A DNA stretch of 64,000 nt. It comes from Nitrososphaerota archaeon (GTDB taxonomy: Archaea; Thermoproteota; Nitrososphaeria_A; Caldarchaeales; Calditenuaceae). The stretch is from NCBI GenBank assembly GCA_033581555.1, contig JAVQSZ010000005.1:41199-105198 (forward strand), written 5' to 3'. Of the stretch, positions 26,093 through 35,544 are shown in pieces. The stretch's first letter is position 1, and each line of letters begins with the position of its first letter. The position numbers were made by a program, and so were the translations under genes. The notes under the pieces were generated by a model that was not told where the DNA came from, searched no databases, and worked only from the letters and a program-made list of their open reading frames with translations.

Positions 26093-26835
26093 GGCCGGTG
26101 GAGGTAAGGGTGGAGGAGCTGAGGAGGATGGCGGCGGCCCTCGAGTCGGTCCTCAGCATGAAGGTCGAGCCCTTCACCGTCAACGTCGCCTCGCTCCTCA
26201 GGAGGCTCAGGTCGATCGTCGAGGAGAGCAGGGACCTCGAGACGGTCGTCCTCGACGCCGAGGTCCTCTACAGGGTCTCGGTGGTCCTGGGGCTCCAGCA
26301 GAGGTACATCCTCCAGAGCGCCTCCTCACTCCTGATCGACTCCCAGCTGGTCGTCGCGAAGGTCCTCAGGTCCGAGCCCCACGAGCTCGCCGCGGCCCTC
26401 GTCTCGGCCTGGCGACCGATCGCGAGGGTCGAGCACGTCACCACACCCCTTCTCGTCAGGGCTTACGAACACTTCCTCTCGCTCCCGGGGAAGCCGGTGA
26501 GGATCGAGGCCGGGCTATCCGCCGAGGAGAGGGCTCCGGGATGGGAGGCCTACGAGGCCGCGTTCGAGGAGGAGCTGAGGTCGCTGAAGTCGGAGCTCGA
26601 GTCCGAGGGAGGCTGGGTCGACTACTGGGAGTTCGTCTCGAGGGAGGGCGAACGCCGGAGGGCCAGCAGGGCGTATCTCCTGAGCTTCCTCATCACCCGA
26701 GGCGAGATTGAGGTCCAGTACGACCCGCTCAGGGAGGAGATCAGGGTAATGGCCGCGACCGCCCCACAGCAGAGGAGGGAGGGCGACGTCCTCTCCCTGG
26801 TGATATCGCTGGGCCGGATGGGGCGGGGCGGCTGA
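26089..26835 (+). CDS. kleisin-like (ScpA-like) protein, translationally coupled to SMC-like gene
   Basis: 248 aa; ATGA stop/start overlap with upstream gene; helical N-terminus and C-terminal RAYLLSFLITRGEIEVQYDPLREEIRV resembling ScpA C-terminal winged-helix consensus (vtFLAiLEL...i.v.Q...f.dI.i). Confidence 0.4.
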   Translation: MRPVEVRVEELRRMAAALESVLSMKVEPFTVNVASLLRRLRSIVEESRDLETVVLDAEVLYRVSVVLGLQQRYILQSASSLLIDSQLVVAKVLRSEPHELAAALVSAWRPIARVEHVTTPLLVRAYEHFLSLPGKPVRIEAGLSAEERAPGWEAYEAAFEEELRSLKSELESEGGWVDYWEFVSREGERRRASRAYLLSFLITRGEIEVQYDPLREEIRVMAATAPQQRREGDVLSLVISLGRMGRGG

Positions 26836-26977
26836 GCGCTAGACCGGTCCATGGCCAATCTCTCGCCCTCTGGGCTTCACTTCCGGCAGGGTTGAGTACC
26901 GGGTCCACTTTCGGGGCGCACTCGGACTTTCGGGAGACCCTCCGTGAATTTCCAGGACCTCGGAGGCCTCAGGGCCG

Positions 26978-27259
26978 ATGGGCAGGACCGTCCCGACGTA
27001 CAGGCAGAGGCTCCTGGCCGAGCTCGAGAGGTGGAAGTGCTTCAGGTCCGCGCTCCTGAGGGACGAGAGGTATGACTTCGACAGGCTGGTGGACCAGGCC
27101 TTCTCCTACGTCCACGCGGGCTCGATGTGCCCCGAGAGGGAGGCGTTCGAGGTGCTGGTGATATCGCTGCTCCTCGCCCACGAGTCGAGGCTCAGGTCGC
27201 TCGAGGGGGCGGCCGGCGTGGAGGCTCCGAGGGTCGGCGCGAAGGGGCTTGATCGGTAG
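26978..27259 (+). CDS. hypothetical small helical protein
   Basis: 93 aa ORF between kleisin-like and PolB-like genes, 11-nt overlap with PolB-like start; no recognisable motifs. Confidence 0.3.
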   Translation: MGRTVPTYRQRLLAELERWKCFRSALLRDERYDFDRLVDQAFSYVHAGSMCPEREAFEVLVISLLLAHESRLRSLEGAAGVEAPRVGAKGLDR

Positions 27260-29432
27260 GCTGCTGGACCTGAACTTCACGCCCGACGGCGAGGCGGTCG
27301 AGCTCTGGCTCAGGCTCGGCGAGTCCGAGGTCGAGAGGGTCCGAGTCGAGTGGATGCCCTCGGTCTGCGCGGTAGGGCCCGGAGGCGCGCTCGAGGAGCT
27401 CGCGAGGGCGTTCTGTGAGCGCTCGGAGCTGGTGACGGCCTCCGAGGAGCCCGGGAGGGATCCCAGGCCGGCGTTGAGGATCAGGGCGAAGGCCTGGGAG
27501 AGGAGAGAGGTCGCGAGGCTTATCGAGTCGTCCTTCGGAAGGTCAGGAGTCAGGGTCTACGACGTCGACGTCCCGGCGCTCCAGCAGTTCCTCTATGAGC
27601 ACGGGCTCTTCCCGACCGCGCTGGTCGAGGTCTCCGGAGACCGGCTGAGGACCATCGACTCGAGGGAGGACGCGGACTACGACGTCTCGTGGGTCAGGGT
27701 CGCGGAGCTCGAAGTCTCGACGCGGCGAGGCTCAGCTTACCCGGGCCTCGACGAGCCCCTGGGTTCCGTGAGGCTGACCTCGAGGGAGGGGGAGGTGGAG
27801 CTGGACGGCGACGAGCCCGGCGTCCTCGAGGAGCTGATGAGGGCGGTGGAGCCCTTCGACGTGCTGTTGGTCAAAGGCGGCGACTCTTTCGCGATGCACT
27901 ACCTCCGCCACAGGGCGTCGGTGAACGGCGTCGAGCTCGAGCTGGGGAGGGAGAGGTCTCCGAGACCGAGGAGGGGCTCGAGGGCCTACTGGAGCTACGG
28001 CAGGGTCTACAGGAGGCACAGCGCCTTCAGGTTGAGGGGAAGGGTCCACGTCGACCCTCTCAACTCCTTCGTCTACTCCCACACGGGGCTCTTCGGCCTC
28101 CTCGAGGTCGCGAGGACCTGCGTAGTCCCGCTCCACGACGCCGCAAGGTACACGATCGGGCAGTGCATGACCTCCCTCCAGTTCGAGGTCGCGAGCAGGA
28201 GGAAAGCGCTGGTGCCCTGGAGGGCCGGGAGACCGCTCTACTTCACCCTCGGGGAGCTCAGCGTGATGGACAGGGGAGGACTCACGCTTGACCACAGACC
28301 CGGAGTCTACTGGGGAGTCGCGGAGGTGGACTTCCAGAGCATGTACCCGATGATCATCCTGACGAGGAACGTCAGCGCGGAGACCGTGAACTGCGGGTGC
28401 TGCGGCGGCCGCGGGACGCCGATCCCGGAGATAGGAGGCCACACCTGCTCGAGGAGGGTAGGGCTGGTCCCGGAGGCGATATCGCTCCCTCTCAGGAAGA
28501 GGCTCGCGTACAAGTCGATGCTTAGGGAGGGAAAGGGCGACCCGGAGGTCCTCAGGGCGAGGTCGGACGCGCTGAAGTGGGTACTCGTCTCCTCCTTCGG
28601 GTATCTGGGCTTCAGGAAGGCGAAGTTCGGGTCTAGGCTCGCCCACATGGCCGTCTGCGCCCACGCCAGGGACGCGCTGCTGAGGGCGGTAAGGGTCGCG
28701 GAGCGAATGGGCTTCGAGGTCGTCCACGGGATCGTCGACTCGCTCTGGGTCAGGAGGGAGGGTGCAGCCGAGGAGGATTACTCGGAGCTGGTGAGGGCGA
28801 TCGAAGAGGAGACCGGCCTGCCCGCGGCCCTCGAGGGGACCTACAGGTGGATCGCGTTCCTCCCCTCGAAGTCCTCCCCCCTCAGGCCCGTGAACGGGAG
28901 GTACTTCGGCTTCAGGACCGACGGCAGGGCCAAGTTCAGGGGGATTGAGGCGAGGAGGTCGGACACGCCGCCGCTGGTCGCGAGGATGCAGCTGGAGATG
29001 CTCGAAGTCCTCTCGAGGGTCGAAGCCCCGCAGGACCTGCCTGGAGCGGTGGAGGAGTGCTTCGGTGTGCTGAGGAGGTACGAGAGGGACCTGGTGCTGG
29101 GGAGGGTCGGAGTGGAGGACTTGGTGGTGACGGTGAGGCTCTCGAGGGACCCCTTCGGCTACTTCAACAGGGTCAGGCAGGCGGTCGCCGCGAGGAGGCT
29201 CCTGAGGATGGGCGTGGAGGTGGGGGCCGGGAGCGTCGTCAGCTACGTCGCCCTCGGGGACAGCTCCGCGCCCTACCCATCGGAGAAGCCCATAAGTCCG
29301 GCCTGTTGCTCGACGGAGTTCTACCTGAACGCGCTCAGAAGGGCCGCGGAGACGATCCTCTCGCCGCTGGTCCGTGCGGTCGCTGGGGCACGCGGCGGAC
29401 CAGTCCCCGTCAGGGCCTCAGCAACACCTTGA
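27249..29432 (+). CDS. family-B DNA polymerase-like protein with degenerate exonuclease motifs and altered motif C (PolB2/Dpo2-like)
   Basis: 727 aa; N-terminal LLDLNFTPDGEAVELWLRL like PolB N-domain; Pol motif A VDFQSMYPMIIL, motif B KWVLVSSFGYLG, motif C HGIVDS (canonical YGDTDS has lost first Asp); Exo I/II/III acidic residues not conserved (AELEV, GDSFAMHYL). Confidence 0.75.
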   Translation: MIGRLLDLNFTPDGEAVELWLRLGESEVERVRVEWMPSVCAVGPGGALEELARAFCERSELVTASEEPGRDPRPALRIRAKAWERREVARLIESSFGRSGVRVYDVDVPALQQFLYEHGLFPTALVEVSGDRLRTIDSREDADYDVSWVRVAELEVSTRRGSAYPGLDEPLGSVRLTSREGEVELDGDEPGVLEELMRAVEPFDVLLVKGGDSFAMHYLRHRASVNGVELELGRERSPRPRRGSRAYWSYGRVYRRHSAFRLRGRVHVDPLNSFVYSHTGLFGLLEVARTCVVPLHDAARYTIGQCMTSLQFEVASRRKALVPWRAGRPLYFTLGELSVMDRGGLTLDHRPGVYWGVAEVDFQSMYPMIILTRNVSAETVNCGCCGGRGTPIPEIGGHTCSRRVGLVPEAISLPLRKRLAYKSMLREGKGDPEVLRARSDALKWVLVSSFGYLGFRKAKFGSRLAHMAVCAHARDALLRAVRVAERMGFEVVHGIVDSLWVRREGAAEEDYSELVRAIEEETGLPAALEGTYRWIAFLPSKSSPLRPVNGRYFGFRTDGRAKFRGIEARRSDTPPLVARMQLEMLEVLSRVEAPQDLPGAVEECFGVLRRYERDLVLGRVGVEDLVVTVRLSRDPFGYFNRVRQAVAARRLLRMGVEVGAGSVVSYVALGDSSAPYPSEKPISPACCSTEFYLNALRRAAETILSPLVRAVAGARGGPVPVRASATP

Positions 29433-30369
29433 GCGTCCCTGGAGACGACGCGGACGCAAAGGCCTCCCTGTGCTCCTCGAGCCTGTGAACGGCGTCGACC
29501 AGCCTCCTGACGTCGACCAGTCCCCTCTCGAGCGCCCTGATGGCCGGCCTGAAGGGCCCGCACCTCGAGCCCACGACGTGGACTTCATCGACGACGACCT
29601 TCGCGAGGTCGATCCTGTAATCGGCTGCGATCGTCGACTTCAGGACCAAGTAGCCCCGCGGCCTGACGAGCTTCAGCGCGGTCGCCAACCCCTCCGCCCT
29701 CCCGGTGGCCTCGACCACGAGGTCGTAGGAGGACTCCTCGCCCGGGGCCACGCCCTCGACCGCGTCGATCCCGAGCTCTCTCAGCAACCCGACCTTCCTC
29801 CCGTGCTTCCCGATCACCCTCAGCCTCGAGACCCTGTCCCTCAAGACCTGAGCGATCAGGTTAGCGAGCCTCCCGTCGCCGACCACGCAGGCGCTCCAGC
29901 TGGGGTCGACATGGACCTGCTCGAGGACCTCGAAGGCCGCAGCGAGGGGCTCCACGAAGACCGCCCTCTCGTCTTCCACCGAGTCCGGGACCCTGTGGAG
30001 GTTCTCGACCGGGAGCCTCAGGTACTCCGCGAACGCACCGTCCCTTCCCTTGATCCCGAGGACCGTCCTGCTCCTGCAGTGCCTCCTCAGCCCTATCGAG
30101 CACATGTCGCACCTTCCGCAGGCGGCGTTGATCTCGCCCACCACCCTCGCGCCCACGAGGTCGCTCCTGTCAGACTCGACCACCTCGCCGACGAACTCGT
30201 GCCCCGGCACCCCCTTGAAGCCCGCGTAGCCCTTGAGTATCTGGAGGTCGGTGCCGCATATCCCTGCGAGCCTGACTTTGATCAGCACCTCCCCGTCCCG
30301 CTCGACCCTATGGTCCTCGACGAGCCTGATCTCCCTGCCGTTGAAGTAGAGGGCCCTGCACTCCACCAT
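29410..30369 (-). CDS. zinc-dependent alcohol/threonine dehydrogenase (MDR family)
   Basis: GICGTDLQ...GHEFVGEV, structural Zn CGRCDMC, Rossmann VVGDGRLANLIAQVL. Confidence 0.8.
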   Translation of the reverse strand: MVECRALYFNGREIRLVEDHRVERDGEVLIKVRLAGICGTDLQILKGYAGFKGVPGHEFVGEVVESDRSDLVGARVVGEINAACGRCDMCSIGLRRHCRSRTVLGIKGRDGAFAEYLRLPVENLHRVPDSVEDERAVFVEPLAAAFEVLEQVHVDPSWSACVVGDGRLANLIAQVLRDRVSRLRVIGKHGRKVGLLRELGIDAVEGVAPGEESSYDLVVEATGRAEGLATALKLVRPRGYLVLKSTIAADYRIDLAKVVVDEVHVVGSRCGPFRPAIRALERGLVDVRRLVDAVHRLEEHREAFASASSPGTLKVLLRP

Positions 30370-30370
30370 C

Positions 30371-31168
30371 TCAGATCACGTGCGGGAAGACGACGCCGTA
30401 ACCGTTCAGCCTCAGGTAGACCGAGAACGCCGCGAGGAAGAGGACCGTCGCGGTGAAGGCCGCGTCCCTGGCCCTGAACCTCAGGTCCAACAGGTAGCTC
30501 CTCTTCGCCGTCGGGACGAAACCCCTCGACTCAATCGCGAGCGGCAGCTCCCCGAACCTCCGCATCGTCGTGATGAAGAGCGGCACGATGACCGCCGCGG
30601 AGTTCCTCATCCTCGAGAAGACGTTGCCCTTGACCAGGTTGACGCCCCTCGCCCTCTGGGCAGCGAGAATCGTCAGTCCGTCACCGACCATCGCTGGGAT
30701 GAACCTGAAGACCGCGGAGACCCCGAAGGCCATCGAATAGGGCATCCCGAGCTTCGTCAGCGCGAGCTCCAAGTCCTCGATCCTCGAGGTGGTGAGGAGC
30801 AGGAGGCCCGAGAGGACCATCGCGACGAGCCTGAAGGCGACCGCGAGGGCGTACATCACCGACTCCTGCGTGAACGTTACCCCCGCGAGCTGAATGAGGA
30901 CCGTCTCTCCGCCCCTCCTGAAGAGCGGCCAGAGGACCAGGCTCATGACTGCCAGCGAGACTAGCCCAAACCAGAACATCTTCAGCCTCGAGGCGACTCC
31001 AGACGCAAGGACCATCGCGAGCACCGCAGCCAAGACGGTCCCCGTGTAGAGCGGGTGGTTGAAGACCGAGGACCAGACGAAGACGCAGACGACGAACGCG
31101 ATCTTCGCCCTAGGGTCGAGGGAGTGGAAGAAGCTCCGGCCCTCGACGTAAAGGATGTACTTCGTCAC
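30371..31168 (-). CDS. ECF transporter transmembrane (T) component (CbiQ/EcfT)
   Basis: 265 aa, 5-6 TM, CbiQ-like; directly downstream of duplicated ECF ATPase. Confidence 0.7.
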   Translation of the reverse strand: MTKYILYVEGRSFFHSLDPRAKIAFVVCVFVWSSVFNHPLYTGTVLAAVLAMVLASGVASRLKMFWFGLVSLAVMSLVLWPLFRRGGETVLIQLAGVTFTQESVMYALAVAFRLVAMVLSGLLLLTTSRIEDLELALTKLGMPYSMAFGVSAVFRFIPAMVGDGLTILAAQRARGVNLVKGNVFSRMRNSAAVIVPLFITTMRRFGELPLAIESRGFVPTAKRSYLLDLRFRARDAAFTATVLFLAAFSVYLRLNGYGVVFPHVI

Positions 31169-31169
31169 C

Positions 31170-32849
31170 TCAGCCCACCTCCACGTGCTCTAAGAACTCC
31201 CTCGGCGTGAGGAGCGTCACGCCCGCCACCCTCCTCGAGAGCTCGCAGGTCTCCGGCGGGAAGATGTCGTGCTGCGCCAGGAGCTCGGCGTTGGAGAAGG
31301 CGACCCTCGTCGGAGCGTCGAGGACGATCCGGCCGTCGGCCATCATGACGGTCCTCGTGCAGTACTCGGCCACGACCCACATCTCGTGGGTTATGGTGAT
31401 GACCGTCGTCCCAGCCCTGTTCAGGTTGAGCACCGTGTTCATCAGGGCCCTCGTCTCGCCGGGCGAGAGGCCGGTCGTGGGCTCGTCGAGGATGACGACC
31501 CTTGGGTTCAGGGCCAGTATCGAGGCGACCGCGACCCTCTGCCTCTCGCCCTTCTGAAGGAAGAACGGGTCCTCGTTGAGGAGGCGCGTTATCCCCATCA
31601 TCTCCGCGACCTCCCTAACCCTCCTGTCAACTTCGGCCTCGCTGAGGCCCCTTGCCCTGAGGCCGTACGCAAGCTCCTCGTAGACCGTCTGCGAGAATAT
31701 CTGGTAGTCGGGGTTCTGGAAGATGTACCCGACGTCCTTAGCCCTCTCGGAGACGTCCTCCGCCGTCGCGTCCCTCCCGAAGATCCTCACCCTGCCCCTC
31801 TTCGGCCTCAGGATCCCCATGATCACCTGAGCGAGCGTAGTCTTCCCGCTCCCGTTCTGCCCGATCAGCGCCAGCATCTCTCCCTGGTGGACCCTGAAGT
31901 CAACGCCCTTCAGGACCCAGTTCTGGCCATCGTAGGCGAACCAGACGTCCTCGAGCTCCACGGCGAGGCCGTCGCCCGGGGCAGGCCTCTCCTCCGGCGT
32001 CCTCACCCTCTTGACCCTAGGGAAGACCCGCAGGGCCTCGTCGAGCAGAACAGGGACCGAGTTGCTCCTGACCCTCATGTCCCAGCAGATCTCCGCGACC
32101 TCCGGCGGCTTCAGCCCAAGCGACCTGAGCTCCTCGACCATCCCTAGTACCTCCTTCGCATCCCCCTCCACCGCCACCTTGCCGTCGACCAAAAGGATGA
32201 CCCTGTCTGCGAACTCCGCGACCTTCTCGAGGCGGTGGTCGACCAAGACCAGCGATTTGATCACCTCCTCGTCCAGCAGCCTCCTCATCACGTCGTAGAC
32301 CTCCCTCTTCCCCCTCGGGTCGAGGTCGCTCGTGGCCTCGTCGAGTATCAGGACCGAGGGCTGCAGCGAGAGCAGCGAGGCTATCGCGAGCCTCTGCTTC
32401 TGCCCCCCACTGAGCGCGAACGAGTACCTCTTCTCTAAGCCCGTGAGCCCCACGAGGTCCAGGGCCCACTTGACCCTCCTCCTGATCTCCTCCCTCTCAA
32501 GTTGGAGGTTCTCCGGCCCGAAGGCGACCTCAAGCTCGACGGTCGTCCTGAAGAGCTGGACCTCGTAGTCCTGCATCACCATCGCGCAACTCTTGCTGAT
32601 CTCCCCGACCCGCTTAGACGTCGTCACCTCCCCGTACACCCTCGCCTCTCCCCTGAAGTCGTCGTAGACGCCCATGTTAGGTATCAGGCCGGCCATCACC
32701 TTGCAAAGGGTCGTCTTGCCGGCGCCCGTGGGCCCGATGATCGCAACGACCTCGCCCTCCGAGACCTCAGCGCTGACGCCCTTTAGCGCGTAGTCGTTCG
32801 AGCCGCGGTACTTCACCCAGACGTCCCTTACCTCGACGGCCTTCACCAT
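31170..32849 (-). CDS. ECF transporter fused tandem ATPase (EcfA1-EcfA2 / CbiO duplicated)
   Basis: 559 aa with two ABC cassettes: GPTGAGKTT...LSGGQKQR...ILDEATSDLD and GQNGSGKTT...LQKGERQR...ILDEPTTGL. Confidence 0.85.
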   Translation of the reverse strand: MVKAVEVRDVWVKYRGSNDYALKGVSAEVSEGEVVAIIGPTGAGKTTLCKVMAGLIPNMGVYDDFRGEARVYGEVTTSKRVGEISKSCAMVMQDYEVQLFRTTVELEVAFGPENLQLEREEIRRRVKWALDLVGLTGLEKRYSFALSGGQKQRLAIASLLSLQPSVLILDEATSDLDPRGKREVYDVMRRLLDEEVIKSLVLVDHRLEKVAEFADRVILLVDGKVAVEGDAKEVLGMVEELRSLGLKPPEVAEICWDMRVRSNSVPVLLDEALRVFPRVKRVRTPEERPAPGDGLAVELEDVWFAYDGQNWVLKGVDFRVHQGEMLALIGQNGSGKTTLAQVIMGILRPKRGRVRIFGRDATAEDVSERAKDVGYIFQNPDYQIFSQTVYEELAYGLRARGLSEAEVDRRVREVAEMMGITRLLNEDPFFLQKGERQRVAVASILALNPRVVILDEPTTGLSPGETRALMNTVLNLNRAGTTVITITHEMWVVAEYCTRTVMMADGRIVLDAPTRVAFSNAELLAQHDIFPPETCELSRRVAGVTLLTPREFLEHVEVG

Positions 32850-32933
32850 GGGACGGCCATCAATCCTCTCGCCCTAAAGATATACGCTGAGAGCTGACGG
32901 GTACAGGTTGAGAGGGACCGAAAAATTCGGGCT

Positions 32934-33746
32934 TCAGTCCTTCGCCAGCAGCGCCATCCCGACCGCGAAGATAAGGATGAAGACGCCGCCAACCGTCAGG
33001 AGGGGCGCGCCCGCGAAGACCGGTGCGAACTGCAGCAGCGGCTGGCCTAGCCCCACACCGACCAGTATCGTGACCCAGGTGCCCACGACGCCCGCGACGA
33101 AGACCAACGCGGTCCCGATCCTGTGATAGGACTTGACCTCCGACGGAGTGTACTGGTAACCCTTCATCACGTCGGTCCAGAGCCAGCCCGCCCTCTTCGC
33201 CCTCGGGTAGACGAGGGCCATCAGGATCGGGGCGATGATGCCCGCAGAGATCAACTCGTTGAAGAAGATGATGAACGCGAGGAAAGTGAACGGCACGAAC
33301 CCGACCAGCTCGGTCCAGTAGGGGATTATCAGCGCGACGACTCCCGAGTGCACCAGTATCACGAACTCGTACTTCAGGAGGCTCGAGAGCGTCCTGCAGT
33401 GCGGCTCCTCCCTGAAGACCCTGTGCCAGATCTTGTAAGGCACGAGCCCGAGGAAGAAGTTCCCGATGAACCCGCCGATGCTCCCGATCGTCAGCGCCCC
33501 GCCCAATATGTCGAAGCCTATCAGGTTCCCCACGGCCGAGCCCCACGCAGCCGCCGGCCCGAAGAGCAGGCTGGTGAACGGAGGTATCGCGTTGCCAGGC
33601 CTTATCGCGGTGACGCCAGGAATGATCCATATCGGGAGCGCCGCGAAGACGAAGAGCAGCGCGGCGTAGAGTCCTGCGGAGACGACGAACGCCGTGATCA
33701 TCTGCGTGTAGCGCCACATCGTGAAGATTTCCCTCATGACGTCCAT
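32934..33746 (-). CDS. putative ECF transporter substrate-specific (S) component
   Basis: About 270 aa from internal Met MDVMREIF (ORF extends to 33836); 6-7 TM with Gly-rich helices (GSAVGNLIGFDILGG, GSIGGFIGNFFLG) typical of S components; first gene of ECF operon. Confidence 0.5.
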   Translation of the reverse strand: MDVMREIFTMWRYTQMITAFVVSAGLYAALLFVFAALPIWIIPGVTAIRPGNAIPPFTSLLFGPAAAWGSAVGNLIGFDILGGALTIGSIGGFIGNFFLGLVPYKIWHRVFREEPHCRTLSSLLKYEFVILVHSGVVALIIPYWTELVGFVPFTFLAFIIFFNELISAGIIAPILMALVYPRAKRAGWLWTDVMKGYQYTPSEVKSYHRIGTALVFVAGVVGTWVTILVGVGLGQPLLQFAPVFAGAPLLTVGGVFILIFAVGMALLAKD

Positions 33747-33859
33747 GATCGCTCGACTCGGTATAAAACAGTTCCGACGCGTGGCTCGCCAAGTAAAATC
33801 AGCCCGAGGCGCAGAGACGCAACACGGCTTCGACACGCGACGGCCCGGTCGCGGTTGTT

Positions 33860-33992
33860 CGCCAGCTCTAATCTTAAATATGAAACAAAAGCTTTAAATC
33901 AACGTCCCATGAGGATTTGAAGTGTGCGTATATGTAGTTTATATAATCTATATGCAATATTTAAATCTGAACCAAAAACCTCTATTACAGCC
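33860..33992. promoter_or_regulatory. strongly AT-rich divergent promoter region (ECF operon on minus, crenactin locus on plus) with multiple TATA-like boxes
   Basis: About 130 nt at greatly reduced GC versus flanks: ...ttaaatatgaaacaaaagctttaaatc...atatgtagtttatataatctatatgcaatatttaaatc... Confidence 0.35.
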
Positions 33993-34196
33993 ATGGCGGT
34001 GGTGCAGAACCAGGTCAGGAAGGAGGAGAAGGTCGTCACGAGGAGGAGCTATGCGGCCGGCTACAGGTACTGCTCGAGGTGCAGGGTCTACCACCTGACC
34101 GACAGCGTGAGGTGCCCATACTGCGGGATCCTCCTGAGGAACTCGCCTAGGAAGAAGAAGCCGGTGGACCCATCGAAGTACGTCAGGATCGAGTGA
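33993..34196 (+). CDS. small zinc-ribbon protein (C-x2-C-x12-C-x2-C) with basic C-terminal tail
   Basis: 67 aa from Met at 33993 (ORF track starts 33924 in AT-rich DNA); CSRCRVYHLTDSVRCPYCG; 76 nt upstream of crenactin. Confidence 0.5.
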   Translation: MAVVQNQVRKEEKVVTRRSYAAGYRYCSRCRVYHLTDSVRCPYCGILLRNSPRKKKPVDPSKYVRIE

Positions 34197-34272
34197 GCTC
34201 AAGCTGAGCTGGGCGGCAACGGACCGAAGAGCCCGATAAGCTATTAGACGACCTGGGCCTCCCCCCAGCGGA

Positions 34273-35538
34273 GTGTGGGAGGAGGAGTACAAGCGGAGGT
34301 ACGTCTTCGCCGCCGATTACGGGACCAGCGACTACAAGTACGGGCCGATAACGCTCGGCGAGCGGCCGCAGGTCATCGAGAACAGGGGCTACTTCCCGGA
34401 GCCCTCGATCGTCTCGAGGATAATGGGCGTCGAGAGGGAGGTCGTCGTGGGCAAGGACGTCGTGCTCTTCCTCGAGAGCGGCGCGGACTTGCTGAGCAGG
34501 ATGGTTTACCCTATGAGGAGCGGGATCGTGGGCAAGGACGACGCGAGGGCATGGAAGGTGATAAGGGAGCTGACGAGGGCCTCACTGGAGGAGTTCAGGC
34601 CGAAGGGCGTGGGGTTCAACGGGTTTTACGTCGTCGCGGCGCTCTCCGCGGTCGCACCGAGGTACATGTACGAGCGGCTCTTCGAGGTCCACTCCGAGCT
34701 CGCGAAAGAGGGACTGGTCCACTCCTCGACGATCATACCGCAGCCCCTCGCCGTCGCCATCGCCCACAAGGCGACCTCATGCGTCGTCGTGGAGAGCGGG
34801 CACGGAAACACCCAGGTCACGCCGATCTCGAGGGCCCCGATCAGGGGAGCAGTCGTGGCCCTGAACAGAGGAGGGGCCGACGCGAACGCGATTACCGCGG
34901 AGATCCTCAAGGACGCGGGGTACGGCGACCTCGCGAAGGAGGAGGCGCTCGTGAGGAGGGTGAAGGAGCACCTCGGCCTGCTTCCGCTCGACTTGGACCG
35001 CGCGGTCTCCTTCGCGAGGTCGAACCCCTCCCTAGTCCATAAGGCGATCAAGGTCCCGGGGACCAGGATCAGGATCGACCTCGGAGAGAACTCTTGGGCG
35101 AGGTTCCTGATCGGCGAGTACGTCTTCGACCCGAACAAGGAGGTCTTCGAGAGCTACTTCAAGCGCGGGATGCCCAGGCCGAAGGACGTGAAGTTCGGCG
35201 ACACGGTCTTCTACGGCACCACAACGGTGGCCGACGCGATCATCTCCGCGGTCGAGAAGTGCCCGGTGGAGCTCCAGCCTTACCTCTACTCGCAGATCAT
35301 CCTCTCGGGAGGGAACCTTTCGTGGTCGGTCCCGCAGGAGCTGAGGGGCGTGGCCTCTGACGCGGCCGCCAGGGTCAAGAAGGACCTCTCGGAGAGGGGA
35401 GTGGAGAACGTCAACGTCAGGTCCTCCGAGGAGCCCCAGTTCACGGTCTGGAGGGGCTGCATAGTCTTCGGGTACTCGGTCCCCGCGAACTATGAGTGGT
35501 CCTGGGAGAGGATGGAGGGATGGATGAGGTTCAGGTGA
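34273..35538 (+). CDS. crenactin (archaeal actin homolog)
   Basis: 421 aa; actin-fold phosphate-1 VFAADYGTSDYKYG, GIVGKDDARAWKVIREL, phosphate-2 VVESGHGNTQVTPI, adenosine motif IILSGGNLSWSVPQEL; size matches crenactin (about 430 aa). Confidence 0.85.
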   Translation: MWEEEYKRRYVFAADYGTSDYKYGPITLGERPQVIENRGYFPEPSIVSRIMGVEREVVVGKDVVLFLESGADLLSRMVYPMRSGIVGKDDARAWKVIRELTRASLEEFRPKGVGFNGFYVVAALSAVAPRYMYERLFEVHSELAKEGLVHSSTIIPQPLAVAIAHKATSCVVVESGHGNTQVTPISRAPIRGAVVALNRGGADANAITAEILKDAGYGDLAKEEALVRRVKEHLGLLPLDLDRAVSFARSNPSLVHKAIKVPGTRIRIDLGENSWARFLIGEYVFDPNKEVFESYFKRGMPRPKDVKFGDTVFYGTTTVADAIISAVEKCPVELQPYLYSQIILSGGNLSWSVPQELRGVASDAAARVKKDLSERGVENVNVRSSEEPQFTVWRGCIVFGYSVPANYEWSWERMEGWMRFR

Positions 35539-35544
35539 GGCCTT

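Noticed and set aside
29374-30456. 360-aa plus-strand ORF
   Set aside because: Antisense to Zn-ADH gene. P/R/D-rich.
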